Part shown: piece after piece, positions 28,164-38,890 of the stretch
Position numbering within the stretch: the stretch's first letter is position 1
Layout of the letters: every line of letters starts with the position of its first letter
NCBI GenBank assembly: GCA_965198235.1
Contig: OZ240248.1
Span: forward strand, 3,648,001 to 3,712,000
DNA length: 64,000 nucleotides
Source: Candidatus Poribacteria bacterium
GTDB taxonomy: Bacteria; Poribacteria; WGA-4E; WGA-3G
Direction of reading: 5' to 3'
Translations under genes and position numbers: made by a program
The notes under the pieces: generated by a model
The model's input: the letters and a program-made list of their open reading frames with translations, nothing else
Told to the model about the DNA's origin: nothing
The model's database searches: none

Positions 28164-29969
28164 TTACTCATCGGTCGCAAGCATTGCGGTAAACGCTTCT
28201 TGCGGGACATCGACGTTGCCGATCTGCTTGAGCCGTTTTTTGCCTTCTTTCTGTCTCTCCAGCAATTTCCGTTTTCGCGTCACATCACCGCCGTAGCATT
28301 TCGCAGTAACGTTTTTTCGGAGGGCTCGCACGCTTTCGCGTGCCACAATCTTGTTGCCGATTGCGGCTTGAACTGGGATCTCAAACATTTGACGTGGAAT
28401 TAATTCTTTTAACTTAGACACTAATGCCTTGCCACGCATTTCTGCATTGTCTTGCGGTAAAATCGTTGAGAGCGCATCTACGGGGTTGCCGTTCAGCAGT
28501 ACATCTAATTTGACGAGTTTTTCAGTTTTGTATTCTCCGATGTCATATTCTAACGAACCGTAACCGCGTGTCAATGATTTAAGTTTCGGATAGAAGTCTA
28601 TTAGCATTTCGCTGAGGGGGAGTTCGTAAAGCAGTTGCACGCGACTTGCGTCCAATTGGTTCATCCGCTTATATATACCCCGCCGCTTCTGACAAAGTTC
28701 CATCGCATTTCCAATATAGTCGCGCGGAACAATAATGTCAATATTGACGGACGGTTCTTCAATTCGTTCGATGTTATTTGGTTCTGGGAGATGTGCTGGA
28801 TTGTCGACCGGCATGTACCCACCGGTTTTCAGGTAGACTCTGTACATCACGCTCGGTGCAGTTCGTATAAGCGCGAGCCCGAATTCCCGTTCGAGGCGTT
28901 CATGGATAATCTCCATGTGAAGCAAGCCGAGAAAACCGCACCGAAACCCGAAGCCGAGGGCAACGGATGTTTCGGGTTCAAAATTGAAGGAAGAATCGTT
29001 GAGGCGTAGTTTATTGAGTGCTTCGCGCAGGGCATGAAACTGATTTGTGTCCGCTGGATAGAGACCGCTGAATACAAGCGGTTTCATCACTCGATAACCC
29101 GGAAGTGGTGTTGCTGTCGGTTTCGTATGGTGTGTAATTGTATCTCCAACTTTCGCTTTGTCGATCTCTCGGATGCCTGCGATAAGGTAGCCAACAGTGC
29201 CAGTACGGAGTTCAGAGGTCGGTTGCATTTCTGGTGTGAAGATGCCTACCTCCTCAACCTCATAAGCGCGTTTCGTCTCCATGAGTTGAATCTTTTCCCC
29301 TGGCTTCACACTCCCGTCGAAGATTCGTGTGTACATGATGACACCGCGATAGTTATTATAGATGGAGTCAAGCACGAGTGCCTTTAAAGAGGCTTCAGGC
29401 TCGCCAACAGGTGCGGGGATTCGGTTGATAATTGCTTCTAATATTGAGGGGATACCGATGCCCATTTTCGCGCTAACGAGGAGTGCATCGTCAGCAGGAA
29501 TACCGATGACTTCTTCTATCTGCCGTCTGGCTTCATCGGGTTGTGCGGTAGGTAAATCAATTTTATTGATAATAGGAATAATCTCAAGGTCACTGTCAAT
29601 CGCCAGATAAGCGTTTGCTAAGGTTTGTGCTTCGACCCCTTGCGCGGCATCAACGATGAGAATGGCACCTTCACACGCAGCGAGGCTACGAGAGACCTCG
29701 TACGTGAAATCGACATGTCCGGGTGTATCAATCAGGTTGAGTTCGTAGCGATTTCCATCGTCGGCAGGGTAGTGTAGTTTGACAGCCGTCGCTTTAATGG
29801 TAATCCCGCGTTCACGCTCTAAATCCATTAAATCAAGCACCTGTTCGCGCATATCACGCTCGGTGAGCGTGTTCGTATGCTCGAGGAGCCGATCGCTCAG
29901 TGTGCTTTTCCCGTGGTCGATGTGTCCTAAAATGCAGAAATTCCGTATGTTCTCAAGATTCGTTGGCAT
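28164..29969 (-). CDS. lepA: Elongation factor 4
   Basis: [32 protein letters not shown]. Confidence 0.98.
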   Translation of the reverse strand: MPTNLENIRNFCILGHIDHGKSTLSDRLLEHTNTLTERDMREQVLDLMDLERERGITIKATAVKLHYPADDGNRYELNLIDTPGHVDFTYEVSRSLAACEGAILIVDAAQGVEAQTLANAYLAIDSDLEIIPIINKIDLPTAQPDEARRQIEEVIGIPADDALLVSAKMGIGIPSILEAIINRIPAPVGEPEASLKALVLDSIYNNYRGVIMYTRIFDGSVKPGEKIQLMETKRAYEVEEVGIFTPEMQPTSELRTGTVGYLIAGIREIDKAKVGDTITHHTKPTATPLPGYRVMKPLVFSGLYPADTNQFHALREALNKLRLNDSSFNFEPETSVALGFGFRCGFLGLLHMEIIHERLEREFGLALIRTAPSVMYRVYLKTGGYMPVDNPAHLPEPNNIERIEEPSVNIDIIVPRDYIGNAMELCQKRRGIYKRMNQLDASRVQLLYELPLSEMLIDFYPKLKSLTRGYGSLEYDIGEYKTEKLVKLDVLLNGNPVDALSTILPQDNAEMRGKALVSKLKELIPRQMFEIPVQAAIGNKIVARESVRALRKNVTAKCYGGDVTRKRKLLERQKEGKKRLKQIGNVDVPQEAFTAMLATDE

Positions 29970-30202
29970 GGTATAGATAGTATATCACAGCTTCTGTCGG
30001 ATTGTCCACAGAATTTCATAAGGTGTCAAAGGCATTAAGTTCTCCGTTTTGTAGCATAAACTGTTAGTTTGGATTCCCATAGCAGCGTCTCAGACATCTT
30101 ACGATGAGAGAGACACCCCGGATGACAACAGTTCTTCAATCCGCGTCATCCGTGATTCAGACGATTTGAAAATTGAATGCCTCTAATAAGGTATAAGTCC
30201 GG

Positions 30203-30733
30203 CTATGCGTCGAGTGCTTGTAGGAACGCTTCAAAAGTGGGAGTGAGTGCCGCGGTCTGTAGCAATTGTGTCAACCGATCGAGATCAAGGATAGCTTCGA
30301 GTGCGTGTTGGACAGGATGCGGGTCGCGCTGCGGGAATCGCGCCGTGAGGACGGCGAGAATGTTAGCGATAGAAGTCTCGCGCGCACCTTGTTCGATGCC
30401 TTGTTCGATGCCTTGTTCGACACCGCGTTCAAAGCCACGTTGCATCACCACTTCGTAAAAAGGAGACTCTTGCATGATTTCCTCCGATATAAATGCCTGA
30501 AACACTTCAGGGTTATCTCGACTCTCGTCGGTTTGTGCCTCTATGTGGAGGATGGCTTCCTCGTTGGGGAGGCGGACTTTAAAGGTCATATCGCTGTGAT
30601 GGACTTTGATTGTGGGTTGCTCGGTGGTGAGTTTCTCCTGAACTTCAACGTCTGAGGTTTTGAGAGCTAAGGCTGCGAATGCATCGGGAAACCGATCCAT
30701 CAGGTGCTTCACAATCTCGTCATAATGTGACAT
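30203..30733 (-). CDS. Internally deleted Rpn/YhgA-like protein (N-terminal fragment joined to intact small C-terminal module)
   Basis: YDEIVK...SDMTF...LHIEAQT joins directly to ISEEIMQESPFY-GIEQG repeats; internal GGAGG-aaatc-ATG at 30475. Confidence 0.75.
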   Translation of the reverse strand: MSHYDEIVKHLMDRFPDAFAALALKTSDVEVQEKLTTEQPTIKVHHSDMTFKVRLPNEEAILHIEAQTDESRDNPEVFQAFISEEIMQESPFYEVVMQRGFERGVEQGIEQGIEQGARETSIANILAVLTARFPQRDPHPVQHALEAILDLDRLTQLLQTAALTPTFEAFLQALDA

Positions 30734-30739
30734 GTAAAT

Positions 30740-30768
30740 ATTGTACCCCTATTTTGGGCAAAGGTCAA
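30740..30768 (-). promoter_or_regulatory. Sigma70-type promoter predicting a leaderless mRNA
   Basis: TTGACC-N17-TACAAT ending 6 nt before ATG 30733. Confidence 0.6.
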
Positions 30769-30797
30769 CCCTTTCTTTTTCCTCAGGCATCAGGGGG

Positions 30798-31406
30798 TTA
30801 TAAATGCTTGACTTTAATGTTTCTGCACCAGATTTTTCCGCCGTGGTCTTGGATGCCGATATGTCCACTCCGGGGGAAATCTTTGAGTGCAATGCCGAAT
30901 TTGTTTCTACTTCCATCCGGATTTTGGTGTGGCGTGTCCCACTCGTCCAAATCTGCGCGGACAATTTCTTCGCCGTTGAGTGTCACAGCAATGATGCTTC
31001 CATCGCATGTGATGCTCATCTGATTCCATTCACCGGCGGGTTTACAAGTGTTCCGTGTCGGTCCCAGGGCATCGTAGAGTGCACCGCAGTCGTGGCTATC
31101 CGCAGGCTCCTTGCCGTGTGTATCTAAAATCTGTATTTCAAGACCACTCTGAACAGCGTCATCCAGGTCTGCCCATCGGACAAAAATTCCGCTGTTAACT
31201 TTCGGCTCGGTTTTGAAGTCAAGTGCGAGTGTGAAGTTATCGTAATGTTGTTCGGTATAGAGATATTTTCCGCCCTGAACGGTGCAGAGAATACTGCCAT
31301 CATCAATGACCCAACCTTCGGCACTTCCAGTGGCACCCCAACCGGTGAGGGTCTCGCCGTCAAACAGGGATATCCATCCTTCAGCTTTCTCTTTTTCTGT
31401 TAACAT
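30798..31406 (-). CDS. DUF1080 (3-keto-disaccharide hydrolase-like) protein
   Basis: GWISLFDGETLTGW, NSGIF, EIQILD, GEWN, GHIGIQDHG, RNIKVK; RBS AAGGAG. Confidence 0.9.
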   Translation of the reverse strand: MLTEKEKAEGWISLFDGETLTGWGATGSAEGWVIDDGSILCTVQGGKYLYTEQHYDNFTLALDFKTEPKVNSGIFVRWADLDDAVQSGLEIQILDTHGKEPADSHDCGALYDALGPTRNTCKPAGEWNQMSITCDGSIIAVTLNGEEIVRADLDEWDTPHQNPDGSRNKFGIALKDFPRSGHIGIQDHGGKIWCRNIKVKHL

Positions 31407-31460
31407 ATCTGCTCCTTTTATAGATGCGTAGTGTTTCATCCATTTTGAATTTTAGGGTTA

Positions 31461-31531
31461 GTTCGTAGTAGTGCGATTTATCGCACTGCTTCGCAGTGAG
31501 AAAACGGGCAATGAATTGCCCTACTACGAAC
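31461..31531. repeat. Inverted GTAG-REP doublet (REPIN)
   Basis: GTTCGTAGTAG...CTACTACGAAC ends, each with an internal hairpin. Confidence 0.7.
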
Positions 31532-31613
31532 GGGATTACCCTCACTTTGACCGGATAGGGTAGTAGGTACTATCTCCGAATACATGGCGCGTGGAGATGA
31601 TGAATCCTGTTAC

Positions 31614-32723
31614 CTAACGCAAACTCTCTAAAAATAGTCTTCCGACATCGACATTATATTCAAAATCTGTAGCCGACCAAGGGCTATTGTAGCCAATGAT
31701 TGGCACATAACTTTCGTGCCGCGACCCGTGTGAACGCACCGCGGTTGGTTCTACTGCAACTTCCAACTCACCGAAAACAGTCGTTTTGTCTGCTAATACA
31801 AAGATGTCCCCGATCCGTTCACGATGGAGTCGAAATGTACACGCCGCATCTTCCGCAGAATATGCCTCTTCAATACCGGGCGTATTCAGAAGTACCTGGA
31901 TCGCTTGCGGTATATCAGCGAGATCCTTGAGGAACACATAAGCGGCACCGCCTAAATTGCCGTGATGCGCGACGTACCTATCCTTAATAATCGGGATAGC
32001 ACTTGCAGGAATACCGTGTTCTATTAGGACACGCCCTGGATCAATGGCAGTGGTTTTGTCCAACATCCCGTGGTCGGCTGTAATATAGATTTCACGTTCC
32101 GGTTCATCATCAATGATGTCCCCGATAATCCGATCCAGTTCTGCGAGATGCTGTTGGGACAGTTCGTGATCGGGCGCGTATTTATGTTGAACCCAATCCG
32201 TTGTCGAGCAGTAGACGAGTTCTGGGTTGTCTGTACGCAATATCTCATGCACGGCACGGAGCAACCACCAATTGATTTCAACTGAATAGATCGGTTCAAC
32301 CGGTCCGACTGTGTGAATGTATTCAGGGGGTGGTGATTCAGCGGCGACCGCTACATCGGTGCCTGCTTCGAGCATCCGTAGTAATTTTTTCTTCGTCACG
32401 AAGAGTGCGGTTTTATCTGCGAATTTGCAGGCTTTTGCGGTTTCAAAGAGTGTCGGCGCGAGGAGGAAGCGGTTGTCCTCAATAAATTCCCCTTTACCGG
32501 TTGCCCTGTCTACATGGTAATTCGTCGTGATACCGTGTGTTTCTGGAAATGATCCGGTTGCAATGCTGACGTTGTTTACATTCGTGACTGAGGGGATAAC
32601 GGCGTTAGCATGGACATAAAATCCGGATTTTGCCAACTGACGGATGGTAGGAATCTCGCTCGCGGCGAGGTAGTCGTGGCTACCCGCATCGATACAGAGG
32701 ATGAGAATTTTTCGCCTTTTCAC
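31614..32723 (-). CDS. phnA: Phosphonoacetate hydrolase-like alkaline phosphatase superfamily protein
   Basis: IPSVTNVNNVSIATG, STTDWVQHKYAP, TADHGM, YVAHHGNLG, RSHGS. Confidence 0.75.
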   Translation of the reverse strand: MKRRKILILCIDAGSHDYLAASEIPTIRQLAKSGFYVHANAVIPSVTNVNNVSIATGSFPETHGITTNYHVDRATGKGEFIEDNRFLLAPTLFETAKACKFADKTALFVTKKKLLRMLEAGTDVAVAAESPPPEYIHTVGPVEPIYSVEINWWLLRAVHEILRTDNPELVYCSTTDWVQHKYAPDHELSQQHLAELDRIIGDIIDDEPEREIYITADHGMLDKTTAIDPGRVLIEHGIPASAIPIIKDRYVAHHGNLGGAAYVFLKDLADIPQAIQVLLNTPGIEEAYSAEDAACTFRLHRERIGDIFVLADKTTVFGELEVAVEPTAVRSHGSRHESYVPIIGYNSPWSATDFEYNVDVGRLFLESLR

Positions 32724-32966
32724 GCTTTGTGTCTTGCTCCACTTTTTAATTTATGGGCTCTCGCTCTGCCCTCCACCATGTTTCGGGCATGGATCTGGTT
32801 AATTCGTGTCTGGAAGTGGGACCTGTACGTTCTTTTTGCCTTAAAATTGTAACAGTTATCAACATGAATTGCAAACTTTTTCGCATGGACTGGGTTTTTA
32901 GATTGTTATTCCGAGTGAAATCTGATATAATTAGTTTAAAATCGGTAGCATACGGAGATCTAAATC

Positions 32967-33620
32967 ATGCACATGAACAATGGATCTTCCGAATTAGCGA
33001 AGCTGATATTCAAGAATTCGGCAGACGAAGAGAAACTCAAACAACTTCTGATTTCTAAATATTCAGAGACCGATCTCACTTCCTATCTTCACAGCAAAGA
33101 GCCATTACTTGGACGCGCTGCGGGATTCGCGCTTCGGTTAGTTGGTAGTTCAAAAGCGATTCCTGCCTTGGTAGACGCTCTGAAAAATAAGGACCGTGGT
33201 ACCCGTTTCAATGCAGAGTACGCGTTGTGGGAAATCTGGTCTCATTCTGGCGACGACGCTGTTGACACGATGCTTGAGGATGGTAAAAACTTACTCAAAA
33301 ATGAGTCGTATCAGCAAGCCGCTGAATGCTTCACTTCCGTAATTGAGACGGATCCGAAATTTGCTGAGGGTTATAACCAACGCGCAATCGCTTATTTCAT
33401 GCTTGAGGAATGGAGTCAGGCGATTCGTGATTGCAAACGGACTATTTCCCTCAACCCGAATCACTTCGGTGCGTTTGCCGGGATGGGACACGTTTATGTC
33501 AGACTCGGTAAGATTGAAGAAGCAATTGAGGCATATAAGCAAGCGTTGGTTATTAACCCGAACCTAATCTCTATCGCTGAAGCAGTATTACGGCTTCGTA
33601 GCCGAACGCAAAGTGAATGA
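32967..33620 (+). CDS. HEAT + TPR repeat protein
   Basis: AIPALVDALK...AEYALWEIW; PKFAEGYNQRA, NPNHFGA. Confidence 0.85.
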   Translation: MHMNNGSSELAKLIFKNSADEEKLKQLLISKYSETDLTSYLHSKEPLLGRAAGFALRLVGSSKAIPALVDALKNKDRGTRFNAEYALWEIWSHSGDDAVDTMLEDGKNLLKNESYQQAAECFTSVIETDPKFAEGYNQRAIAYFMLEEWSQAIRDCKRTISLNPNHFGAFAGMGHVYVRLGKIEEAIEAYKQALVINPNLISIAEAVLRLRSRTQSE

Positions 33621-34405
33621 ATCAGTTTATGGATACGACTTTGGGTGATCGAAACCACTTCCTGAGAACACTTATAACTTGGTTTGTTATCGCGAGTTTT
33701 TTGCTCTGGCTTATTTATAGGGTGTTAATGCAAGCAAAACTCGGTTTACCGATAGAGTGTTTTTTCATGGCGCAGGTGTTCGTCGTCCTTTTGGTCGCAC
33801 CTTATCTTGCCGCCCGCACTGTTCATTGCGACTTCCTAAGCGCAAACCTTGATTCACAGTTTACACTCAGTTCGCTCTCTTCTGGACAGCGGTTGTTGAA
33901 ACTGCTTCTGATAAGTCAGATACCGCTATTATGTTGGGTGTTTTTATCGATAGGTGCAGCGCTGTTCGTTACTCGCGTTCCCTTCACGAAGGCGTTCCAG
34001 ATGTTCGTTATACTGGGGATTTATAGTTTCTCGGCAGCGGCGGTCGGAATATGGGGTGCTCAGGTTTTCCGGGATGCCCTCTTCAGTGCAGAGTTTGCCA
34101 CCCTATTATGGTGTGTTTTGATTGGTGGCGCGTTTCTGCTCAACCCATTAAAACGGTATGTGGACGATCTTCAACCTTTCATTCCACCAGTCTTACACCT
34201 GAACCCGCTTATTGTTGTGTGCTGTATCTTTGAGGGGTTGGACCTCTTTAGAAATCCGCTTCTCTATGAACTAACGCCGGTGCCCTCATATATTTTCGTC
34301 TATCCAAAGCCGTGGTATCTTGTGGGAATATGGCAGATAGTGATTGGTGGGTGCTGTTTTTTAGGCGCATGGCAGATAAGTAGATCCCGTAGATATGCTG
34401 CATGA
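33617..34405 (+). CDS. Multi-pass membrane protein (ABC-2 permease-like)
   Basis: About 6 hydrophobic helices, LNP motif; ATGA overlap with upstream gene. Confidence 0.6.
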   Translation: MNQFMDTTLGDRNHFLRTLITWFVIASFLLWLIYRVLMQAKLGLPIECFFMAQVFVVLLVAPYLAARTVHCDFLSANLDSQFTLSSLSSGQRLLKLLLISQIPLLCWVFLSIGAALFVTRVPFTKAFQMFVILGIYSFSAAAVGIWGAQVFRDALFSAEFATLLWCVLIGGAFLLNPLKRYVDDLQPFIPPVLHLNPLIVVCCIFEGLDLFRNPLLYELTPVPSYIFVYPKPWYLVGIWQIVIGGCCFLGAWQISRSRRYAA

Positions 34406-34424
34406 AGTTTACAGAGAGGATTAC

Positions 34425-35825
34425 ATGGGCAAAGTAGAAAAACCGATTGTTAGTGTTTCAGGTGTTCGTGGTGAGGTTGGCGTTTCGCTCGATGTCCGAA
34501 TCATTACGCGATTTGCAATGGCGTTCGGCACCTTTGTTGGCGGTAGAACAGTCGTTATTGGCAGAGATTCTCGAACCTCAAGCCCGACAGTCCGACACGC
34601 AGTACTTGCTGGGCTTTTCGCCACAGGATGTCACGTCATTGATGTAGGGCTTTGTCCGACACCGACGATACTCCTCACGGCGAAAGCACTGCGCGCACAA
34701 GGGAGTATTACCATTACAGCCAGCCATAATCCTGTTGCGTGGAACGGAATCGAATTTGCCTCTGCTTCCGGACGACTGCTAACACAAGAAGAACGAGACG
34801 AATTGATGCGGATTTACGAAACAGAGGATTTCGCGCTTGCCCCTTGGAACGAACAAGGAACGCTTGAGACCTATGGCGATGCGGTCGGCTACCACCTCGA
34901 TCAGATTCTGTGTTTCCCTTGGCTGGCACCGGATTTAATCCAGAAAGCTGAATTGAAGGTCGTAATTGATTGTGGCAACGGTGCCGGAAGTGTGATGAGT
35001 CCGTCCCTCTTGCGGAAACTTGGTTGTCGAGTTGTTGCGCTTCATTGTGTCGCCGATGGACATTTTCGCCGTCCTGCCGAGCCTACACCTGAGGCGTTAG
35101 ATGCGCTTTGTAAGACAGTTCTTGCTTCTGGTGCCGATATTGGCTTTGCCCACGACGGGGATGCCGACCGGCTTGTCGTTGTTACAGAGCGCGGCGTTCC
35201 ATTGAGTGGTGAATGGACGCTCGCCTTTAGTGCTGATTTTATGCTTAGTAAGACGAAGGGCGATGTCGTTGCTACGGTATCAACGAGTCGAATGTTGGAT
35301 GATATTGCGGCAAATCACGGTGTCACGCTCCACCGAACGAAAGTCGGTGTCGGTTGGGTCGTTGAGAAGATGCACGAAGTGAATGCAGCTGTCGGCGGTG
35401 AAGGCACTGGTGGCGTTATCTATCCTGATATCCACTACACAACGGATGGCATCGCTTCTATTGCCGCAATTGTGCAGTATCTCGCTGAATCTGGGGCGGC
35501 GGTAACGCAACTTGTGGAGAACATGCCGCAATATCAGATGTGCCGAAAGAAATTGGAAATCCCGTCACAAGAACTTGCGACACGTCTTGTGGATCACGCT
35601 TTGGAGGTTTATAAAGAAGCGTGTGACGCTGGAACAGCACCGCAACTCGAACTAACGGACGGTGTTAAACGGGTCTGGAACGACCGATGGGTGAACATCC
35701 GCCCGTCCGGCACAGAGCCTGTAATTCGGGTCTTTAGTGAGGCACCGACTCTGACTGCAGCGGAACAGTTGTGTGACGAAACGATTGAAACGTTGACGAC
35801 GTTAATGAAACAGATTTCGTATTAA
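34425..35825 (+). CDS. Alpha-D-phosphohexomutase (phosphoglucosamine/phosphomannomutase)
   Basis: SVSGVRG, TASHNP, DGDADR, GGEGTGG, RPSGTEP. Confidence 0.93.
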   Translation: MGKVEKPIVSVSGVRGEVGVSLDVRIITRFAMAFGTFVGGRTVVIGRDSRTSSPTVRHAVLAGLFATGCHVIDVGLCPTPTILLTAKALRAQGSITITASHNPVAWNGIEFASASGRLLTQEERDELMRIYETEDFALAPWNEQGTLETYGDAVGYHLDQILCFPWLAPDLIQKAELKVVIDCGNGAGSVMSPSLLRKLGCRVVALHCVADGHFRRPAEPTPEALDALCKTVLASGADIGFAHDGDADRLVVVTERGVPLSGEWTLAFSADFMLSKTKGDVVATVSTSRMLDDIAANHGVTLHRTKVGVGWVVEKMHEVNAAVGGEGTGGVIYPDIHYTTDGIASIAAIVQYLAESGAAVTQLVENMPQYQMCRKKLEIPSQELATRLVDHALEVYKEACDAGTAPQLELTDGVKRVWNDRWVNIRPSGTEPVIRVFSEAPTLTAAEQLCDETIETLTTLMKQISY

Positions 35826-35958
35826 TTCCGTTATCTATTATGTTGCGCTGTCCAGCCTTTTTTCTAACTATTAACTCTGGGCACCGTTTCTTTTTCTTAC
35901 ACGGCGGTTTTCGGTTGATGTCAACTGCAGTCAATCGTTTAAAAAATTTGGAGAAATT

Positions 35959-37203
35959 ATGGCTTTGAAACTTGCCTGCATCGGAGGCGGAAGTGGTTTA
36001 TCCGCTCTGTTGAGTGGCATTAAACACTATGCCGATCTGGAGAAAAGTAAAGATCACCTTATTGATTTGGATAGTCTGGCGGCAATTGTTACCGTTTCTG
36101 ATGATGGTGGAAGTTCAGGGCGCCTCGTTGAAGAGTTTGACATGCTCCCACCGGGTGATATCCGCAGGCTCCTATTCACGTTATCCGATGCTGATGAACT
36201 CGCGGGGCTTTTTGAGTATCGTTTTTCAAGCAATGGTGAACTCGGTGGGCATACTGTCGGCAATCTCTTATTAACAGCACTGACAGAAAAGTTTGAGGGG
36301 AACTTCCCGAAAGCGATTCAGGCGGCATCAAGATTACTCTCGGTTCGTGGGCAGATTATTCCTGTTACATTGGATTATACCGTTTTGTGTGCAGAACTCG
36401 CCGATGGAGAGATTGTTCGAGGCGAATCCACTATACCCGTGCGGGAAAATCGTGAACCGATCAAGCGCGTCTTTTTTGAACCCCGCGAGAATGGGAAGAC
36501 GCATCATTCTCCCGATGAAATCTATGAATGTCAAGCGCATGAAGGGGCTGTGGAAGCACTGTTTAACGCCGACGTAATTCTCATCGGTCCGGGGAGCCTT
36601 TATACCAGCATTATGCCAAATCTGGTTATCAAAGGTGTCGTCGAAACGATTCAGCGTTCAGACGCGATTAAAATCTATGTCTGTAACGTTATGACACAGC
36701 CAGGTGAAACCGATGGTTATGCGGTTACGGATCATGTTAACGCTATTTTGGACCACGCCAGGATTCCGCTAAATTACGTCGTAGTTAATAACCAACCCGC
36801 TCCAACGGAAATCATGCAAGAGTATGTTCGGAAGGAATTGGTGTCGCAGTTGACTCGGATTCGCTCACTTGCTGAGGAAGGGCTGTCGATGCTCTATGAA
36901 GATACGCAGCACCTCATGGACGTGCTGAACTTGGCGAAAGATATTTCGTTGTTATCCGTTGAGACGATGCAAGTCGCAGACGCGTCAAAAGTGCAAGTGT
37001 CTTATGATCGTGAGCAGGAGAACCTTGAGGCACAGGGGATCAGTGTGATTGAGGCGGACCTCATTCGGGATATGGTCGTCACTGAATTTGGCACATGGTT
37101 AGGCGGTGTCCAGATGAACGTTATTCGCCACGATCCCGAAAAGTTGGTCCGCTCTCTTATGAAAATCTTTCGGAACCATCCAAAACTTCAAGAGTCGGTT
37201 TGA
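35959..37203 (+). CDS. YvcK/GlmR (UPF0052) family protein
   Basis: IGGGSGLS, VSDDGGSSG, PPGDIR, GPGSLYTS, NVMTQPGET, RHDP. Confidence 0.9.
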   Translation: MALKLACIGGGSGLSALLSGIKHYADLEKSKDHLIDLDSLAAIVTVSDDGGSSGRLVEEFDMLPPGDIRRLLFTLSDADELAGLFEYRFSSNGELGGHTVGNLLLTALTEKFEGNFPKAIQAASRLLSVRGQIIPVTLDYTVLCAELADGEIVRGESTIPVRENREPIKRVFFEPRENGKTHHSPDEIYECQAHEGAVEALFNADVILIGPGSLYTSIMPNLVIKGVVETIQRSDAIKIYVCNVMTQPGETDGYAVTDHVNAILDHARIPLNYVVVNNQPAPTEIMQEYVRKELVSQLTRIRSLAEEGLSMLYEDTQHLMDVLNLAKDISLLSVETMQVADASKVQVSYDREQENLEAQGISVIEADLIRDMVVTEFGTWLGGVQMNVIRHDPEKLVRSLMKIFRNHPKLQESV

Positions 37204-37237
37204 TTAAAGAGGGTTCCGGTTGCTATACGGAAACTGA

Positions 37238-37441
37238 TTAGTGCCGTGATGGGTTAGATTGCTTAGAGGGGGCGGTGCCTTTCGCAGCAATCTGGTAGGC
37301 GAATGTATCACAAATCTGGGACAAATTATCAATGAAAAGTTCCCAGCGTAATTCATCTTGACGTGCGTTCGCTATCGCGAGGCACAAAGCTGTTTCATAT
37401 AAGGATGGACGATTCTTCTTGCGGACATCAGTGGATTTCAT
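37238..37441 (-). CDS. Small hypothetical protein
   Basis: 67-aa ORF with purine-rich RBS (AGGGGG); no recognisable motif. Confidence 0.3.
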   Translation of the reverse strand: MKSTDVRKKNRPSLYETALCLAIANARQDELRWELFIDNLSQICDTFAYQIAAKGTAPSKQSNPSRH

Positions 37442-37963
37442 AACTTTACCCCTTTCTAAAAATAGTTAGTATGAATTTCTCTAAAAAAAATAAATATATA
37501 CTCCAACACAGCGTATAAACGGATGTTCTGCCAAAAAGGTTACACTTTATTACAAAAAAAAGAATAATTTTGCAGAAACACCCTCACCACCGCTGGCGAG
37601 GATTGTATCCTCGCCTACCACACCGTCGCCTTCTCGTGAACGAGGCATCTTTAGAACCTTACTGTAAGGTTCTTTTTTATTTAACCTAATTGCAATTGCA
37701 AGAACGGTGCCACATTCACATGTCCGCTTGTTATGAGCATTGTGTGGAGGGAAGCCCTTGAATAGCGCATGCATCTGCCTATTTTTTACGCGGGTTCGGT
37801 GTATTTTTCACACATTACCCGAAACACGTTTTTCATGGATAGGCAGAGGCGTTCAGTTCTCCCGTAGCAGGGATTTCCGAATTCTGAGTGACGGAGAAAA
37901 CACCGAAAAGCCGAAAACTAAATAGCCTGTTATTTTATAGATACTAAACTTTGGACAATTGTT

Positions 37964-38243
37964 CAGACATAGCACTCCGCTGGAGTGCCGGACTTCCTAC
38001 GATTCGCCGCTATAGACATATTGCTCCGCTGGAGCAAAGACCAATCTCCTATCCGTTTTCAAGACGCTATAGACATATTGCTCCGCTGGAGCAAAGACCA
38101 ATCTCCTATCCGTTTTCAAGACGCAGGAAATATGGAAACCCACTCCTACCAATAGCAATGCGGGCTCCTCACGCCAGCGGCGTGATATGTCTATAGAAAT
38201 AGGAGGCAAAGGGCCCCGCACTCCAGCGGAGTGCTATGTATAG
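37964..38243. repeat. Inverted cluster of CAGCG-loop REP-like units, including a 57-bp tandem duplication
   Basis: Three reverse units (about 37964, 38010, 38067) and two forward units (38169, 38218); same family as 20707-20886. Confidence 0.75.
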
Positions 38244-38624
38244 CTGGGGGAGGGTTGAAGATAAATATGTTTTTTCTGGGTTCTTCCAAACACAAAACTC
38301 ATAGAAAAATAAGAAGATGTTGGAAAATGCCACGTTCAACCCACATAAATTGTCCAAACTTTAGTATAGATACAACTGAAAGGCAAAAAGGTTGCATAAT
38401 TTTTCAAATAGTCATCAGCGGTCAGCGGTCAGTGGTCAGGAAGTTGGGAAGTGTGCGAAAGTTCGGAATGCCTCGCAGTGAGAGCTGAACCGGGATTTAT
38501 GAGCTTCTTCGATCTTTATAGGATTATAGAGGTTGTAGGATTGAAAGTTCTCCGTGTTGCGCCTGCAATTGTTGGGTTTCGCTCGCGCTCTACCCATCGC
38601 CGTCAATTTAAGAAAGAAATTCAC

Positions 38625-38873
38625 CGTAGGTTGGGTTGAACGGGCGGAACCAAGACGCTAGCACCTCAAAGAAAGTCGCTATTGGCTCCATACACCCTCT
38701 ATCGCAGAGAGACCGAGTGAAACCCAACGTTTTTCCCGTGTGTGCTTTCTTGAGATGTAGGGGTATAAAGTTGGGTTTCACTACGTCTTTGACGGGATAC
38801 AGCGGCTATTATGTTTCAGAGGTGTTTGGGTCGTTGACACTCGACTTTTCAACCTCGTTCAACCCAACCTACG
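38625..38873. mobile_element. About 249-bp REPIN/MITE-like element (CGTAGGTTGGGTTGA ends), copy 2
   Basis: Same terminal and internal inverted repeats as 20399-20644. Confidence 0.8.
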
Positions 38874-38890
38874 GCACTGATTTGGTATAA

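Noticed and set aside
37964-38243. Possible CRISPR array
   Set aside because: One spacer is duplicated, units occur in both orientations and the family is dispersed.
37550-38890. Many short ORFs in the yvcK-P3 interval (likewise 18974-19306, 20690-20925, 40713-41146)
   Set aside because: They are translations of repeat elements and low-complexity DNA.
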